Assembly: GCA_963738315.1 (NCBI GenBank)
Contig: CAVTVT010000003.1
Span: 103,253-167,252, forward strand
DNA length: 64,000 bases
Direction of reading: 5' to 3'
DNA from: Vicinamibacterales bacterium
GTDB lineage: Bacteria > Acidobacteriota > Vicinamibacteria > Vicinamibacterales > JAMQPK01
Part shown: positions 38,326-48,218 of the stretch, piece after piece
Position numbering within the stretch: position 1 is the first letter of the stretch
How the letters are laid out: each line of letters starts with the position of its first letter
Made by a program: the position numbers and the translations under genes
The notes under the pieces: model-generated
Told to the model about the DNA's origin: nothing
Seen by the model: only the letters and a program-made list of their open reading frames with translations
Databases searched by the model: none

Positions 38326-39893
38326 CCGGCGTGCCCCTGCTGACCCTGATCGTGCTGCTGCCGCTCGCCGGCGCCCTCGTCATCGCCTTCCTCGACGGTG
38401 CGCGGGCCGCCGTGGTGCGAAGCGTCGCGCTGGGCGCCTCGCTGCTGGCGTTCGCGGCGACGCTGCTCCTGTGGCTCAGGTTCGATCCCGCCTCGGCCGA
38501 GTTCCAGCTCGTCGAGCGGCATGCCTGGATCCCGGCGTTCGGGATTCACTACTTCGTCGGGGTCGATGGCATCAGCCTGTTCCTGGTCGTCCTCACCGGC
38601 TTCCTCACGCCGCTGGCGCTCCTGTCGTCGTGGGAGTCGGTGCGCGACCGCGTCAAGGCCTTCTCGATGCTCCTGCTCGCGCTCGAGAGCGCGATGCTGG
38701 GGGTCTTCGTCTCGCTCGATCTGTTCCTCTTCTACGTCTTCTGGGACGCGATGCTGATCCCGATGTACTTCCTGATCGGCATCTGGGGCTATGACCGCCG
38801 GGTCTACGCCGCGCTGAAATTCCTGCTGTACACGATGGCCGGGAGCGTGCTGATGCTGCTGGCGATCATCGCGCTCGCCTACTACCACAACGCCGCGACG
38901 GGGGCGCCGAGCTTCGACCTGCTCGAGCTCTACGCCCTGGACCTGCCCGAGTGGCTGCAGTTCTGGGGTTTCCTGGCGTTCGCCGTCGCGTTCGCGATCA
39001 AGGTGCCGCTCTTCCCGTTCCACACCTGGCTGCCCGACGCGCACGTCGAGGCGCCGACCGCCGGATCGGTGATTCTGGCCGGCGTGCTGCTGAAGATGGG
39101 CACCTACGGGCTGGTGCGCTTCGCCTTTCCGCTGTTCCCAGATGCGGCGCTCTACTTTGCGCCCTACATCGCCGTCGCGGCGGTAATCGGGATCATCTAC
39201 GGCGCGCTCGTGGCCATGGTGCAGCCCGATCTCAAAAAGCTGGTCGCATATTCGAGCGTGAGCCATCTCGGGTTCGTCGCGCTCGGGATCGCGGCGATGA
39301 ACCTGCAGGGCGTGCAGGGGGCGGTGTACCAGATGCTGAACCACGGCGTGAGCACCGGCGGGCTCTTCCTGATCGTGGGGATGCTCTCCGACCGACGCCA
39401 CACGCGCCTGATTTCCGAGTTCGGCGGACTGAAGCGCGTGCTGCCGAAGCTCTCGGCCGCGTTCCTGGTGATGACGCTCGCGTCGATCGGGCTGCCGGGG
39501 CTCAACGGCTTCGTCGGCGAGTTCCTGATCCTGCTCGGCGCGTTCCGGTGGCAGCCGCGATACGCCGCGGTGGCGGCCTGCGGCGTGCTCCTCTCGGCGG
39601 TGTACATGCTCTGGATGTTCCAGCGGGTGAACTACGGGCCGGTCACGCACGAGGAGAACGAGCGGCTTCCCGACATCACGCTGCGGGAGCGGTTCGCGCT
39701 CTGGCCGGCAGTGGCGATGGCCATCGTGATGGGCGTGGCGCCGGCCGTCTTCCTGCGTCCCATGGAGGCCTCGGTCAACCGCCTCGTGCAGCACGTGCGC
39801 CGCGGCGCACCCGAGCAGGCGGGAGCGGACCGATCACCGGTTCGCCCGGTCGTGAATCAATCGCCAGTCATCATCCCATCACGCAATGATTGA
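38322..39893 (+). CDS. nuoM: NADH-quinone oxidoreductase subunit M
   Basis: ATG 38322 (ATGA overlap with the nuoL stop; the track starts at GTG 38316). ..KVPLFPFHTWLPDAHVEAPTAGSVILAGVLLKMGTYG.. Confidence 0.95.
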   Translation: MTGVPLLTLIVLLPLAGALVIAFLDGARAAVVRSVALGASLLAFAATLLLWLRFDPASAEFQLVERHAWIPAFGIHYFVGVDGISLFLVVLTGFLTPLALLSSWESVRDRVKAFSMLLLALESAMLGVFVSLDLFLFYVFWDAMLIPMYFLIGIWGYDRRVYAALKFLLYTMAGSVLMLLAIIALAYYHNAATGAPSFDLLELYALDLPEWLQFWGFLAFAVAFAIKVPLFPFHTWLPDAHVEAPTAGSVILAGVLLKMGTYGLVRFAFPLFPDAALYFAPYIAVAAVIGIIYGALVAMVQPDLKKLVAYSSVSHLGFVALGIAAMNLQGVQGAVYQMLNHGVSTGGLFLIVGMLSDRRHTRLISEFGGLKRVLPKLSAAFLVMTLASIGLPGLNGFVGEFLILLGAFRWQPRYAAVAACGVLLSAVYMLWMFQRVNYGPVTHEENERLPDITLRERFALWPAVAMAIVMGVAPAVFLRPMEASVNRLVQHVRRGAPEQAGADRSPVRPVVNQSPVIIPSRND

Positions 39894-41322
39894 GTCCTTT
39901 GCGGCCGCCGTCCCCATCGTCTGTGTCTGGCTCGGCGCGTTCGCCGCGCTCGTCGCCGAGTCGTTCCGCGCGCCCGGCGAGCGCATACCGATTGCGGGCC
40001 TGGGAATCATCGGCATGGTGGCCTCGCTCGTGGCCTCGATCGTGCTCTGGGGCCGCGGGGCCCAGAGCTACGGCGTGCTGTCGGCCGACAACTTCGGCCT
40101 GTTCGTCTCCATGGTGCTCGCCGGCGTCGGCATCCTCACGATGGCGATGTCCGCGCAGGTCATCGAGCGCGACGGCATTCCGGGCGGCGAGTTCTACACG
40201 CTGGTGGCCTTCTCGGTCGGGGGCATGATGCTGATGGCGCTCGCCAGCGACCTGCTGGTGATCTTCATCGCGCTCGAAATCCTCTCGCTCTCCGTGTACG
40301 TGCTCACGGCCATTCGCCGGGATGTGCGGGTGAGCACCGAAGCCGGTTTCAAGTATTTCCTGCTCGGAGGCTTCTCGAGCGCTTTCTTCCTCTACGGCAT
40401 CGCGTTCACGTTCGGCGTGGCCGGCACCACGCGGCTCGACGAGATCGTGGTCGTGATGTCGAGCCGTGTCGCCGGCCAGGAGATGCTCACGTTTCTGGCC
40501 ATCGGACTGCTGCTCGTGGGGTTCGCGTTCAAAGTGTCGGCCGTGCCGTTCCAGATGTGGACGCCGGACGCCTATGAGGGAGCGCCGCCGGTGGTGACCG
40601 CGTTCATGTCGGCCGGCGTCAAGGCGGCGGCGTTCGCGGCCTTCGTCAGGGTGTTCATGTCGGCTTTCGGCGGGTTCCAGCCGCAGTGGGCGCCGCTGCT
40701 GTGGCTGCTCGCCGCCGCGTCGATGATGGTGGGCGCGGTGGCCGGCGTCGTGCAGCGCAACGTCAGGCGCATGCTCGCGTACTCGAGCATCGCGCACGCC
40801 GGGTACCTGCTGATGGCGATGGTGTCGGGAACCGACCTCGGCAAGGGCGCCGTGCTCTTCTACCTGCTCGTCTACGCGCTCACGAGTCTGGGGGCGTTCG
40901 GGGTCACCGCCTTCGTGATGCCGCACGAGGGGAGGCGTGAAGACCTTGCGTCCTACGCCGGCCTGGGCCGGCGCCAGCCGATGCTCGCCCTGCTGATGAC
41001 CGTGTTCCTGCTGTCTTTGGGAGGCTTTCCGCCGACCGCCGGCTTCGTCGGGAAGTGGTATCTGTTCAGCGCCGCCGTCAGCGCCGGCAACTACGGGCTG
41101 GCGATCATCGGCGTGCTGACGAGCGTGGTCTCCGTCTTCTTCTACCTGCGGGTCGTCGTCATGATGTTCATGACCGACGAGTTGTCTGCGACCCCGGTCA
41201 CGGCACCGTCCCCGGCGTCCCTCTTCGCCCTGGGCCTTCCCGCGGTCGCCATCTTCTACCTCGGCATTCTCCCGACGCGGATCCTCGACATCGCGGCGAG
41301 ATCGGTCGCGGGCATTCTCTGA
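39886..41322 (+). CDS. nuoN: NADH-quinone oxidoreductase subunit N
   Basis: Intact 478-aa ORF overlapping the nuoM end by 8 nt. ..FKVSAVPFQMWTPDAYEGAPPVVTAFMSAGVKAAAFAAF.. Confidence 0.9.
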   Translation: MIESFAAAVPIVCVWLGAFAALVAESFRAPGERIPIAGLGIIGMVASLVASIVLWGRGAQSYGVLSADNFGLFVSMVLAGVGILTMAMSAQVIERDGIPGGEFYTLVAFSVGGMMLMALASDLLVIFIALEILSLSVYVLTAIRRDVRVSTEAGFKYFLLGGFSSAFFLYGIAFTFGVAGTTRLDEIVVVMSSRVAGQEMLTFLAIGLLLVGFAFKVSAVPFQMWTPDAYEGAPPVVTAFMSAGVKAAAFAAFVRVFMSAFGGFQPQWAPLLWLLAAASMMVGAVAGVVQRNVRRMLAYSSIAHAGYLLMAMVSGTDLGKGAVLFYLLVYALTSLGAFGVTAFVMPHEGRREDLASYAGLGRRQPMLALLMTVFLLSLGGFPPTAGFVGKWYLFSAAVSAGNYGLAIIGVLTSVVSVFFYLRVVVMMFMTDELSATPVTAPSPASLFALGLPAVAIFYLGILPTRILDIAARSVAGIL

Positions 41323-41323
41323 A

Positions 41324-41707
41324 TCAGCCGCCGGGAGGCCCGGGGTCGAGGAACAGCGATCCCCAGGAGGCGAGTCGCGACTCGAGCCGGTCTGTGCAGT
41401 CGCAGCCGGAGCAGGCCCACGGCTCTTCGCCGTTGAGGTCCTTGCACCGGCTTCGCGCGTGGGCGTCCTGAACCTTGATCAGATCGAAGTACTCCTCCCA
41501 GTACGGACGTTCCTCCTGCAGCGGCGTGGCGCAGTAGCAGACTTCGATCCATTTCACGGAACCGTCGCGCAGCCGCCGCGCGCATTCCATGTTGCGGAGA
41601 TACTCGCCGCCGGCGATCGAGCCGGCGCCGAGCGTCCCCTGATCGATGGCGTCGGCGAGCGCCCGCTCGCGCCCGGGTTTCACGCGCGCCGTGACGAGAT
41701 ATCTCAC
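41324..41707 (-). CDS. Hypothetical protein (127 aa) with Cys-rich C-terminal half
   Basis: Intact ORF with coding-like composition. MRYLVTARVKPGRERALADAIDQGTLG.., later VCYCATP and WACSGCDCTD. No family assignable by eye. Confidence 0.55.
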   Translation of the reverse strand: MRYLVTARVKPGRERALADAIDQGTLGAGSIAGGEYLRNMECARRLRDGSVKWIEVCYCATPLQEERPYWEEYFDLIKVQDAHARSRCKDLNGEEPWACSGCDCTDRLESRLASWGSLFLDPGPPGG

Positions 41708-41773
41708 GATCTCCTCCCGTCCATCGACTAGGGCCTCTCGACCATTTAGGTTACCATTCGTGAGGACGCCGCC

Positions 41774-42220
41774 ATGCCCTCACCGCCGAAAGACGATCTG
41801 ACGCTGCAAGGCGCGGAGCCGCCGCAGTACCGGCCGCGCGAGCGCTTCTGGCCGTACGCGGATCTGCCGGAACAGCTGACCGACGCGGAGATCGCCGCGC
41901 TGGATCCCGACCTGCACGCCGAGCTGTTCGGCAGGCCCTCGCGCCCGCTGTCGATCACGCTCGTGTTTCCGACGTTCGACTCGCCGGACTACGAGCGCGC
42001 CGTCGAGCAGGCGAAGGCGTCGGCCGAGTACCGGGAGGCGGGCGCCGGGCGCGCCTTCCGCCACCGCGCGCGCTTCTGGCCGTCGGACGCGGCCCGGCTG
42101 CGCGATCTGTTCGAGATCGTGGGGCGGCTCGATCAGACCGAGGTCCTCGTCGACGACCGGCCCGTCCCCTACGCGCGCGAGCTGTGGCTGCCGCTCGTGT
42201 GGTTCCTGATTCCGCGATGA
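41774..42220 (+). CDS. Hypothetical protein (148 aa)
   Basis: Intact ORF, ATG 41774, GC3-rich codon usage. No recognisable motifs. Confidence 0.5.
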   Translation: MPSPPKDDLTLQGAEPPQYRPRERFWPYADLPEQLTDAEIAALDPDLHAELFGRPSRPLSITLVFPTFDSPDYERAVEQAKASAEYREAGAGRAFRHRARFWPSDAARLRDLFEIVGRLDQTEVLVDDRPVPYARELWLPLVWFLIPR

Positions 42221-42264
42221 CGATGCGCCGCACAGAAAGCAGATGGCGCCGCAAGTACCCGCCC

Positions 42265-42316
42265 CTGAGCCGAAGGCGAAGGGGTGACAGGTCGCGGGGG
42301 TGGGGCCCCGCGACAG
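42265..42316 (+). repeat. Repeat family B, copy 1: GC hairpin GTCGCGGGG-gtgggg-CCCCGCGAC with conserved 5' flank
   Basis: Stem 42291-42299 / 42306-42314. The core GGTCGYGGGGGTGGGGCCCCRCGACA is shared with 54017-54042, and the only core differences are a compensatory C-G to T-A pair. It ends 9 nt before ATG 42325. Confidence 0.75.
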
Positions 42317-42324
42317 GCTGAGAA

Positions 42325-42897
42325 ATGCCCGACATCGACCGCGATCTGCACGTGCTGGAGGTCGAGCTGCGGAAGCTCGAGGGCGAGTACAACATGTTCT
42401 TCGCCGGCCGCCTGCCGCGTCCCCCCTGGGAGACGCGCGCCCGGGTCGAAGGGCTGGTGAAGCAGATCGACCGCGGCCACATCCAGAACTACGGCGAGCG
42501 CTTCCGGTTCGCCACGCTCCAGTCGCGGCTGTCGGCCTTCGTGGACCTGTGGGATCGGGGGCTCCGCGCGCGGGAGGAAGGGCGCCCGGGACCGTTCGTG
42601 GCGAGACGTGCCGAGCCGCCCGCCGCGGCGCCGAAACCCGACGATCGCATCCTTTACGTCGCGGCGTTCCGCGACCCGGTGCAGGAGCTGGACAAGCTGC
42701 GGGATCTCTACGACACGCTGCGCGAGGTGCGGCAGCAGCTGGGTGAGGAGGCCATCCCGTTCCACAGATTCGCCGAACTGGTGAAGAGCCAGGTCGCGAA
42801 GCTGCAGAGCCAGGGCATACCGGAGGTCGCGTTCCGTGTGGCGGTGAAGGACGGGAAGCTGAATTTTACGGCGAAGGGGTTGAAGGGGACTCGCTAG
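42325..42897 (+). CDS. Hypothetical protein (190 aa)
   Basis: Intact ORF. N-terminal coiled-coil-like LHVLEVELRKLEGEYNMFFAGRLPRPPW, C-terminal ..FHRFAELVKSQVAKLQSQGIPEVAFRVAVKDGKLNFTAKG. No family assignable by eye. Confidence 0.6.
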   Translation: MPDIDRDLHVLEVELRKLEGEYNMFFAGRLPRPPWETRARVEGLVKQIDRGHIQNYGERFRFATLQSRLSAFVDLWDRGLRAREEGRPGPFVARRAEPPAAAPKPDDRILYVAAFRDPVQELDKLRDLYDTLREVRQQLGEEAIPFHRFAELVKSQVAKLQSQGIPEVAFRVAVKDGKLNFTAKGLKGTR

Positions 42898-42906
42898 CAG
42901 CAAGGT

Positions 42907-42937
42907 GCCTCGCGCGCGGACGGCCCGCGCGCGAGGC
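42907..42937. terminator. Perfect 12-bp GC stem-loop between convergent genes (possible bidirectional terminator or RNA-stability element; no U tract)
   Basis: GCCTCGCGCGCG (42907-42918), loop gacggcc, CGCGCGCGAGGC (42926-42937). Located between the stop of ORF 42325..42897 and the stop of cspA. Confidence 0.35.
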
Positions 42938-42990
42938 GCCAGTCGATCCCGCAGCGCGGCGGCCGCGCGCGGGGCTCGAGGGTGGTGGTC

Positions 42991-43194
42991 CTAGGCCTTG
43001 GTGACGTTACCGGCCTGGGGTCCTTTCGGACCGTCAACAATTTCGAACTCGACGGCCTGTCCTTCTTCCAGTGACCGGAATCCGGCGCCCTGGATTGCGG
43101 AGTAGTGGACGAACACGTCGCTTCCGCCCTCTCGTTCGATGAACCCGTAACCCTTGGCGTTGTTGAACCACTTGACCTTGCCTGTGATACGCAT
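42991..43194 (-). CDS. cspA: Cold-shock protein (CspA family)
   Basis: Intact 67-aa ORF. RNP1 KGYGFI and RNP2 VFVHYS motifs. AGGAAGAGGA SD upstream. Confidence 0.95.
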   Translation of the reverse strand: MRITGKVKWFNNAKGYGFIEREGGSDVFVHYSAIQGAGFRSLEEGQAVEFEIVDGPKGPQAGNVTKA

Positions 43195-43237
43195 CGTTCC
43201 TCTTCCTTACTGCGTGCGGCGCGAGGGCCGCGAATTC

Positions 43238-43264
43238 AAAAAAAAAGACCGCAACGGTGCGGCC
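43238..43264 (-). terminator. Intrinsic-terminator-like hairpin plus U9 inside the cspA leader (possible attenuator or 3' end of a short RNA)
   Basis: The minus-strand RNA reads GGCCGCA-CCGU-UGCGGUC followed by UUUUUUUUU (plus-strand A9 at 43238-43246, stem 43247-43253 / 43258-43264). It lies 43 nt upstream of the cspA ATG and downstream of the candidate promoter at 43302-43330. Confidence 0.6.
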
Positions 43265-43301
43265 TTCCGTTGTCGGCGCTATCCTCGCCAGCGCCGCGCA
43301 A

Positions 43302-43330
43302 ATCATAATAGCTAACCTGCAACCCGTCAA
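43302..43330 (-). promoter_or_regulatory. Candidate sigma70-type promoter for cspA (divergent from purH)
   Basis: Minus strand: TTGACG (43330-43325), 17 nt spacer, TATGAT (43307-43302). Predicted start about 43295, giving a leader of about 100 nt. Confidence 0.5.
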
Positions 43331-43346
43331 CTCTCGCGAGTCCCCG

Positions 43347-44942
43347 ATGCCCCGAGCCCTGCTGAGCGTTTCCGACAAGACCGGCCTGCTCCCGTTCGCG
43401 CGCGCACTTGCCGCCCGCGGATACGAGCTGGTCTCCACCGGCGGTACGGCCAAGGCGCTGAAGGCCGCCGGCGTCGCCGTGACCGGCATTTCAGACGTGA
43501 CCGGCTTCCCTGAAATCATGGGCGGCCGCGTGAAGACGCTCCACCCGGCCGTCCATGGAGGCATCCTCGCTCGCCGCGGCGAGCCCGATCACATGGCGAC
43601 CATCGAACGCCACGGCATCGCCCCGATCGATCTGGTGGCCGTCAACCTCTACCCCTTCGTGCAGGCGGCGGCCCGCCCCGGCATCGCGCTGGACGCGCTC
43701 ATCGAAGAGATCGACATCGGCGGGCCGAGCATGGTGCGCTCGGCGGCGAAGAACTTCCAGGATGTGCTCGTCGTCGTCGACCCGGGCGACTACGACGCCG
43801 TGATCGCGGCTCTCGAGGAGCCCGGCGGCCCCGGGATGGCATTCCGATTCGATCTCGCCCGCAAGGCGTTCGCGCATACCGCGGCCTACGACTCGGCGAT
43901 CGCGGCGACGCTCTCGGAGTTCTCGGCCGCCGATGGAGGGTTCCTGCGGGACGCACGGGCGGCCGCCCCGGCGCGGCTCTTCCTGCCGCTCACCAAGATC
44001 AAGGACCTGCGCTACGGCGAGAATCCCCACCAGACGGCCGCGTGGTACGCCGGCGCCAGCCCGTTCGGGCTTGGACGCGCGACGGTGCTGCAAGGCAAGG
44101 AGCTGTCGTTCACCAACCTGCTCGACCTCGATTCCGCGGCGCGCATCGCGCTGGAGTTCGACGAGCCGGCGGCGGCGGTGATCAAGCACACGAATCCCTG
44201 CGGCGCGGCGATCGGCGCCACCCTCGACGAGGCGTACGTCCGTGCGCGCGAGGCCGACAGCCTGTCGGCGTTCGGCGGCATCGTCGGCTTGAACCGGGCC
44301 GTCGACGAGGCGACGGCGCGTGCGCTCGTCTCCACCTACATCGAGGCCGTCGTGGCGCCTGAGGTGTCGGAGGCGTCGAGGCCCATCCTCGCGAAGAAGG
44401 CAAACATGCGCGTGGTCGTCGCGGACCTTCGCGTTCCCGAATCGGCAGAGAGCCGGCGCGAGCTGCGCTCCATCCTTGGCGCCATGCTGGTGCAGGAGCG
44501 CGACGAGGTGGTGGAGGCCCGGCAGCCCTGGGGCGAGGATGCGCACGCGCCCGGGGGACCGGAGGTGGCGACGAGACGCGCCCCCACGCCGGAAGAATGG
44601 GTCGCCCTGCGCTTCGCGTGGCGTGTGTGCGCCCACGTGAAGTCGAACTCGGTGATCTTCACCGATCAGTCACGTACGCGTGCGATCGGGGCGGGTCAGA
44701 TGAGCCGCGTCGACGCCGTCCGCGTGGCGGAGATGAAGGCGGGAGCGGGCGCGCTCACTGGCACCGTGGCAGCCTCGGACGCGTACTTCCCGTTCCGCGA
44801 CGGGCTGGATGCCGTGGTCGCGGCGGGCGCGACGGCCGTCGTGCAGCCGGGCGGATCGGTGCGCGACAGCGAGGTGATCGCCGCGGCCGACGAGCACGGC
44901 ATTGCCATGGTGTTCACCGGGCGCCGCCATTTCAGGCATTGA
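43347..44942 (+). CDS. purH: Bifunctional AICAR transformylase / IMP cyclohydrolase
   Basis: Track ORF 43257..44942. ATG 43347 gives [38 protein letters not shown] (MGS-like domain). ..GGRVKTLHP.., C-terminal ..[20 protein letters not shown]. Confidence 0.95.
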   Translation: MPRALLSVSDKTGLLPFARALAARGYELVSTGGTAKALKAAGVAVTGISDVTGFPEIMGGRVKTLHPAVHGGILARRGEPDHMATIERHGIAPIDLVAVNLYPFVQAAARPGIALDALIEEIDIGGPSMVRSAAKNFQDVLVVVDPGDYDAVIAALEEPGGPGMAFRFDLARKAFAHTAAYDSAIAATLSEFSAADGGFLRDARAAAPARLFLPLTKIKDLRYGENPHQTAAWYAGASPFGLGRATVLQGKELSFTNLLDLDSAARIALEFDEPAAAVIKHTNPCGAAIGATLDEAYVRAREADSLSAFGGIVGLNRAVDEATARALVSTYIEAVVAPEVSEASRPILAKKANMRVVVADLRVPESAESRRELRSILGAMLVQERDEVVEARQPWGEDAHAPGGPEVATRRAPTPEEWVALRFAWRVCAHVKSNSVIFTDQSRTRAIGAGQMSRVDAVRVAEMKAGAGALTGTVAASDAYFPFRDGLDAVVAAGATAVVQPGGSVRDSEVIAAADEHGIAMVFTGRRHFRH

Positions 44943-44945
44943 CGC

Positions 44946-45981
44946 TCAGCGGGCCGTCGCCGGCCCGCCAGGGAGCGGGCCGAGCGCCGCCTGGAGCTCG
45001 GCCGGACTCACGCCGACGGGGCCGAAGTGGCTCACGGCGATGCCGGCCGCCGCGTTGGCCAGCGTCGCGGCCTCCACCATGTCGGCGCCGGCAGCCAGCG
45101 CGAGCGCGAGCGCGGCGATCACCGTATCCCCGGCGCCCGTGACATCTGCCACCTCGCGCGCGGCGGCCGTCAGGTACCCTTCCGTCGCGCCGTCCAGCAG
45201 CCACATGCCCGATTCCCCACGGGTGATGAGCACGCTCCGGCAGCCGGTCCGCTCGCGGAGCGCGTGCGCGGCGGCGCGCGCGTCGGCATGCGTACGGATT
45301 CCGGCTGTGCGTCGCGGCTTCGGCCTCGGCGTTGTTGGGCGTGACCAGCGTCGCGCCGGCGTAGTAGTCGAGGTGCGGAATCTTGGGGTCGGCCAGCACG
45401 GGCACCCGCAGCTCGCGCGCGATGGCCACGGCCCTGGCGGCGACCGTCCGCGTGACCGTGCCCTTGAGATAGTCGGAGATCACGATCGCCCGCGCTCCCT
45501 CGGCCGCGCGCTCGAGTGCGTCCGCGAGCTTCGCTTCGACGGCGGCGTCCGCTTCGCGCTCGCTCTCGTAGTCGATTCGGGCTACCTGCTGGTTGCGGCT
45601 CGTTACCACGCGCACCTTGCGGGTGGTGGGCCGCGCCGCATCGACAACCAGTGACGATGCGCCGATGCCATGGTCGCGCAGCGCTGCGGAAACGCGCGCC
45701 GCGTGCTCGTCGCCGCCGATGAGCGCGACCAGCTCCACCGCGCCCCCGAGCGTGCGCACGTTGCGGGCGACATTGCCTGCGCCGCCGACGCGCACCTCCT
45801 CGCGCTCGAACGCGACAATCGGCACCGGCGCTTCGGGTGAGATCCTATCCACGCGCCCGAAGATGAATTGATCCAGCATGAGGTCGCCGACGATGGTCAC
45901 CGGCACGCCGGCGAGCTGCCGGAGGAGCTGGTGGAGGCGCGATGGATCGACCCGGGGCAGGACGGCGTCAGGCGTCGGCAT
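44946..45981 (-). pseudogene. hldA: D-glycero-beta-D-manno-heptose-7-phosphate kinase (RfaE domain I type, PfkB family; one frame break near 45297-45301)
   Basis: The N-terminal part is in ORF 44932..45981 (VTIVGDLMLDQFIFGRVDRISPEAPVPIV..GGAGNVARNV..). After ..NNAEAEAAT the sense frame continues as RTHADARAAAHALRERTGCRSVLITRGESGMWLL..VADVTGAGDTVIAALALALAAG (ORF 44946..45233). Confidence 0.85.
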
Positions 45982-47144
45982 CTGGAGCCGCGGCGAACGG
46001 CAGCGTCACGAGCAGCAGAAAGAGCATCAGGAACTCGGAATCGCCGAAATTGTATTCGAACTGCCCCGCGGCCAGCATCGCGACGATGACCGCCAGCGCG
46101 AGCGCGGAGAGGAACCTGGTGTCGCCGGATTCTGAGCCGCCGCACCAGTCCCGCGGCGAGCGCGGCGATCAGCCACACCCAGACCGCCAGCGCCGGAAGG
46201 CCGCGCTCGGCGGCAATCTGCATCGGCACGTTGTGCAGATGCGGGTTGACGTGCTGGTCCTCGTTCGAAGCCAGGAACTCGCGGTAGCGGGGCTCGACCA
46301 TGGCCGGCCCCACGCCCGTGAGCGGGTAGGCGGCGATCATGCGCGCGCCCACGTGAAGCATCGCGACCCGGTCGAGCCGCGTGGTGTCGTGCGGATCGAA
46401 CATCGAATAGAAGCGCTCGGTAATGGCCGGCGGCGCGACCGCGAGAAACAGCGCGGCGAGCACGGGCAGAACGGCCATGAGCCGGAAGTCCTTGAGCAGG
46501 AGCAGAAACGCGACTCCCGCGCAGGTGCCCACCCAGGCGCTCCGCGCGAAGGAGGCGGCCAGCGCGGCGACCAGCGCAGGCAGGACGAGCAGCGGCCAGG
46601 TGCGATCGCGGGTGAACAGCGCCCGCGCGCACGCCGCGCAGGTGACGAGCATCAGCAGACCCGAGTAGGTCATGTAATGGCCGAGCGCCCCCTGCGCGCG
46701 CCGGCCGAGGTTGTCGTACTGCAGCACGCCGTACTGCACGACCCCGACGGCGGCGCTGATGGCGCCCACGCTGATGACGATCTGCACCAGCAGCGGAGCA
46801 CGCGTGCCCCGCGCCATCGAATACACGATGGGCACGATCAGAAACAGCACGAGCTGCTTGGAGTCGACGAAGCTGGCGCGCGGATCCGTGGAGCACCACG
46901 CCGACACGAGCGTCGCGGCGGCGTAGGCCGCGAGCGGCACGAAGAAGCCGGGCGCGTGGAACCGGTCGCGGCCGGTTGCCAGCCGGGCGAGCCAGATGAG
47001 CGCCGCGAGCGCGAGAAAGGCGTTGGCGACGGCGATCGAGAACTGCAGCCCGGCGGCGAACGCCAGCAGGGCGCCAAATCCGATGCGCTGCCACAGGTCG
47101 TCTCGGGCGGCGCGGGATCGCGCGAGCGGCATCGTGGCGGTCAT
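45968..47144 (-). pseudogene. O-antigen ligase / O-antigen polymerase family (Wzy_C-type) polytopic membrane protein (frame break near 46124-46131)
   Basis: ATG 47144 (ATGA overlap with the upstream stop): MTATMPLARSRAARDDLWQRIGFGALLAFAAGLQFSIAVANAFLALAALIW... About 10 hydrophobic segments. ..SAWVGTCAGVAFLLLL.. and ..HLHNVPMQIAAERGL.. are typical of the family. The C-terminus is recovered in another frame (DTRFLSALALAVIVAMLAAGQFEYNFGDSEFLMLFLLLVTLPF..), with stop at 45968-45970. Confidence 0.75.
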
Positions 47145-48218
47145 GGCATGGCAAGCGCCCGCTCGGCCCGCTCGGCCACGAGGGCGGCGGAAATCCGGGT
47201 CAGGCAGCGGAAATCGCCGGGCTCGCACCGGCGTTGATTGCATGGCCGGCAGGGCAGCGGCCCGGCGTCGGCCGCCTCGCTGGCGTACGCGCCGCTGCGC
47301 CAGGGCTGCGACCGAATCGGCAGCGTCGGCCCGTAGATGCCGACGATGGGAACCGCCGACGTGCCCGCGATGTGCAGCGGCCCGCTGTCGCCGCCGATGT
47401 AGAGCGCCGCTCTCTCCATCAGCGCGCGCAGCTCGGCGAGCGGAAACTCGCCGCAGTTGACGACCGCCGTCCGTCGCGCCGCGGCCAGCCGATCGCGCGC
47501 GGCGTCGGCCACACGCAGGGCGGCGCCCGCGTCGGATGGACCAGAGGTGAGCACGATGCGCCGCCGCGGATCGGCCGCCGCCAGCCGCTCGATCAAGTCG
47601 ACGAACGACTCGGCAGGCCAGCGCCGGAACGGGTTGCCGGCGCTCACGTGGATCACGACGATCGGCGCATCCGGCTCCACGCCGGCGTCCTTGAGCCGCC
47701 GATCGACGGCTGCGGCCGCCGCGGGATCGACCGGCATCTCGGTCGGATCGGCGGCCGGATCGGGCGGCGCGATGTCCAGAGGCCGGAGCAGGTCCCACTG
47801 CGTCTGCACGGAGTGGCGGGGACGGAGCACGCGGGGCCGCGGCACGCGCGTCGTGTACATCCAGCCGCGCCCGGAGACCTCGAATCCGATCCGCTCCGGA
47901 GCGCCGCTGGCCCAGGTGAGCAGGGAGCTTCTGGGGCCTCCGTGGAAGTCGATCGCGAGATCGAAGCCCTCGCGGCGCAGCCGGCGCATCAGCGCAAGGT
48001 CAGCCCGCAGGCGCCCGGGAGCCCGAGGGCTCGCTGCGACGATGACCTCGTCGAGGTGAGGGTTGCCGGCCATTACGGGCGCCGCCTCTTGTTCGACGAT
48101 GTAGCACGATCTTCGCCTCTGGAAAGCGGCGGCGCAGCGCCCGGACGGCCGGGGTGGTGAAGACCACGTCGCCGATCAGCCGCAGCCGCACCAGCAGGAT
48201 CTTTCCGGGCGAGGCCAC
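47141..48218 (-). pseudogene. Glycosyltransferase family 9 (LPS heptosyltransferase-like; frame break near 48103-48105)
   Basis: The N-terminal KILLVRLRLIGDVVFTTPAVRALRRRFPEAKI is in ORF 48000..48323 (probable GTG 48218). The remainder is ORF 47141..48073 (..AIDFHGGPRSSLL.., ..LYIGGDSGPLHIAGTSAVPIVGIYGPT..). Confidence 0.85.

Noticed and set aside
43238-43264. Hairpin + A9/U9 as the terminator of purH or of another plus-strand gene
   Set aside because: On the plus strand the A tract precedes the hairpin and no T tract follows, and purH starts downstream of it. The structure only works as a terminator on the minus strand, within the cspA leader.
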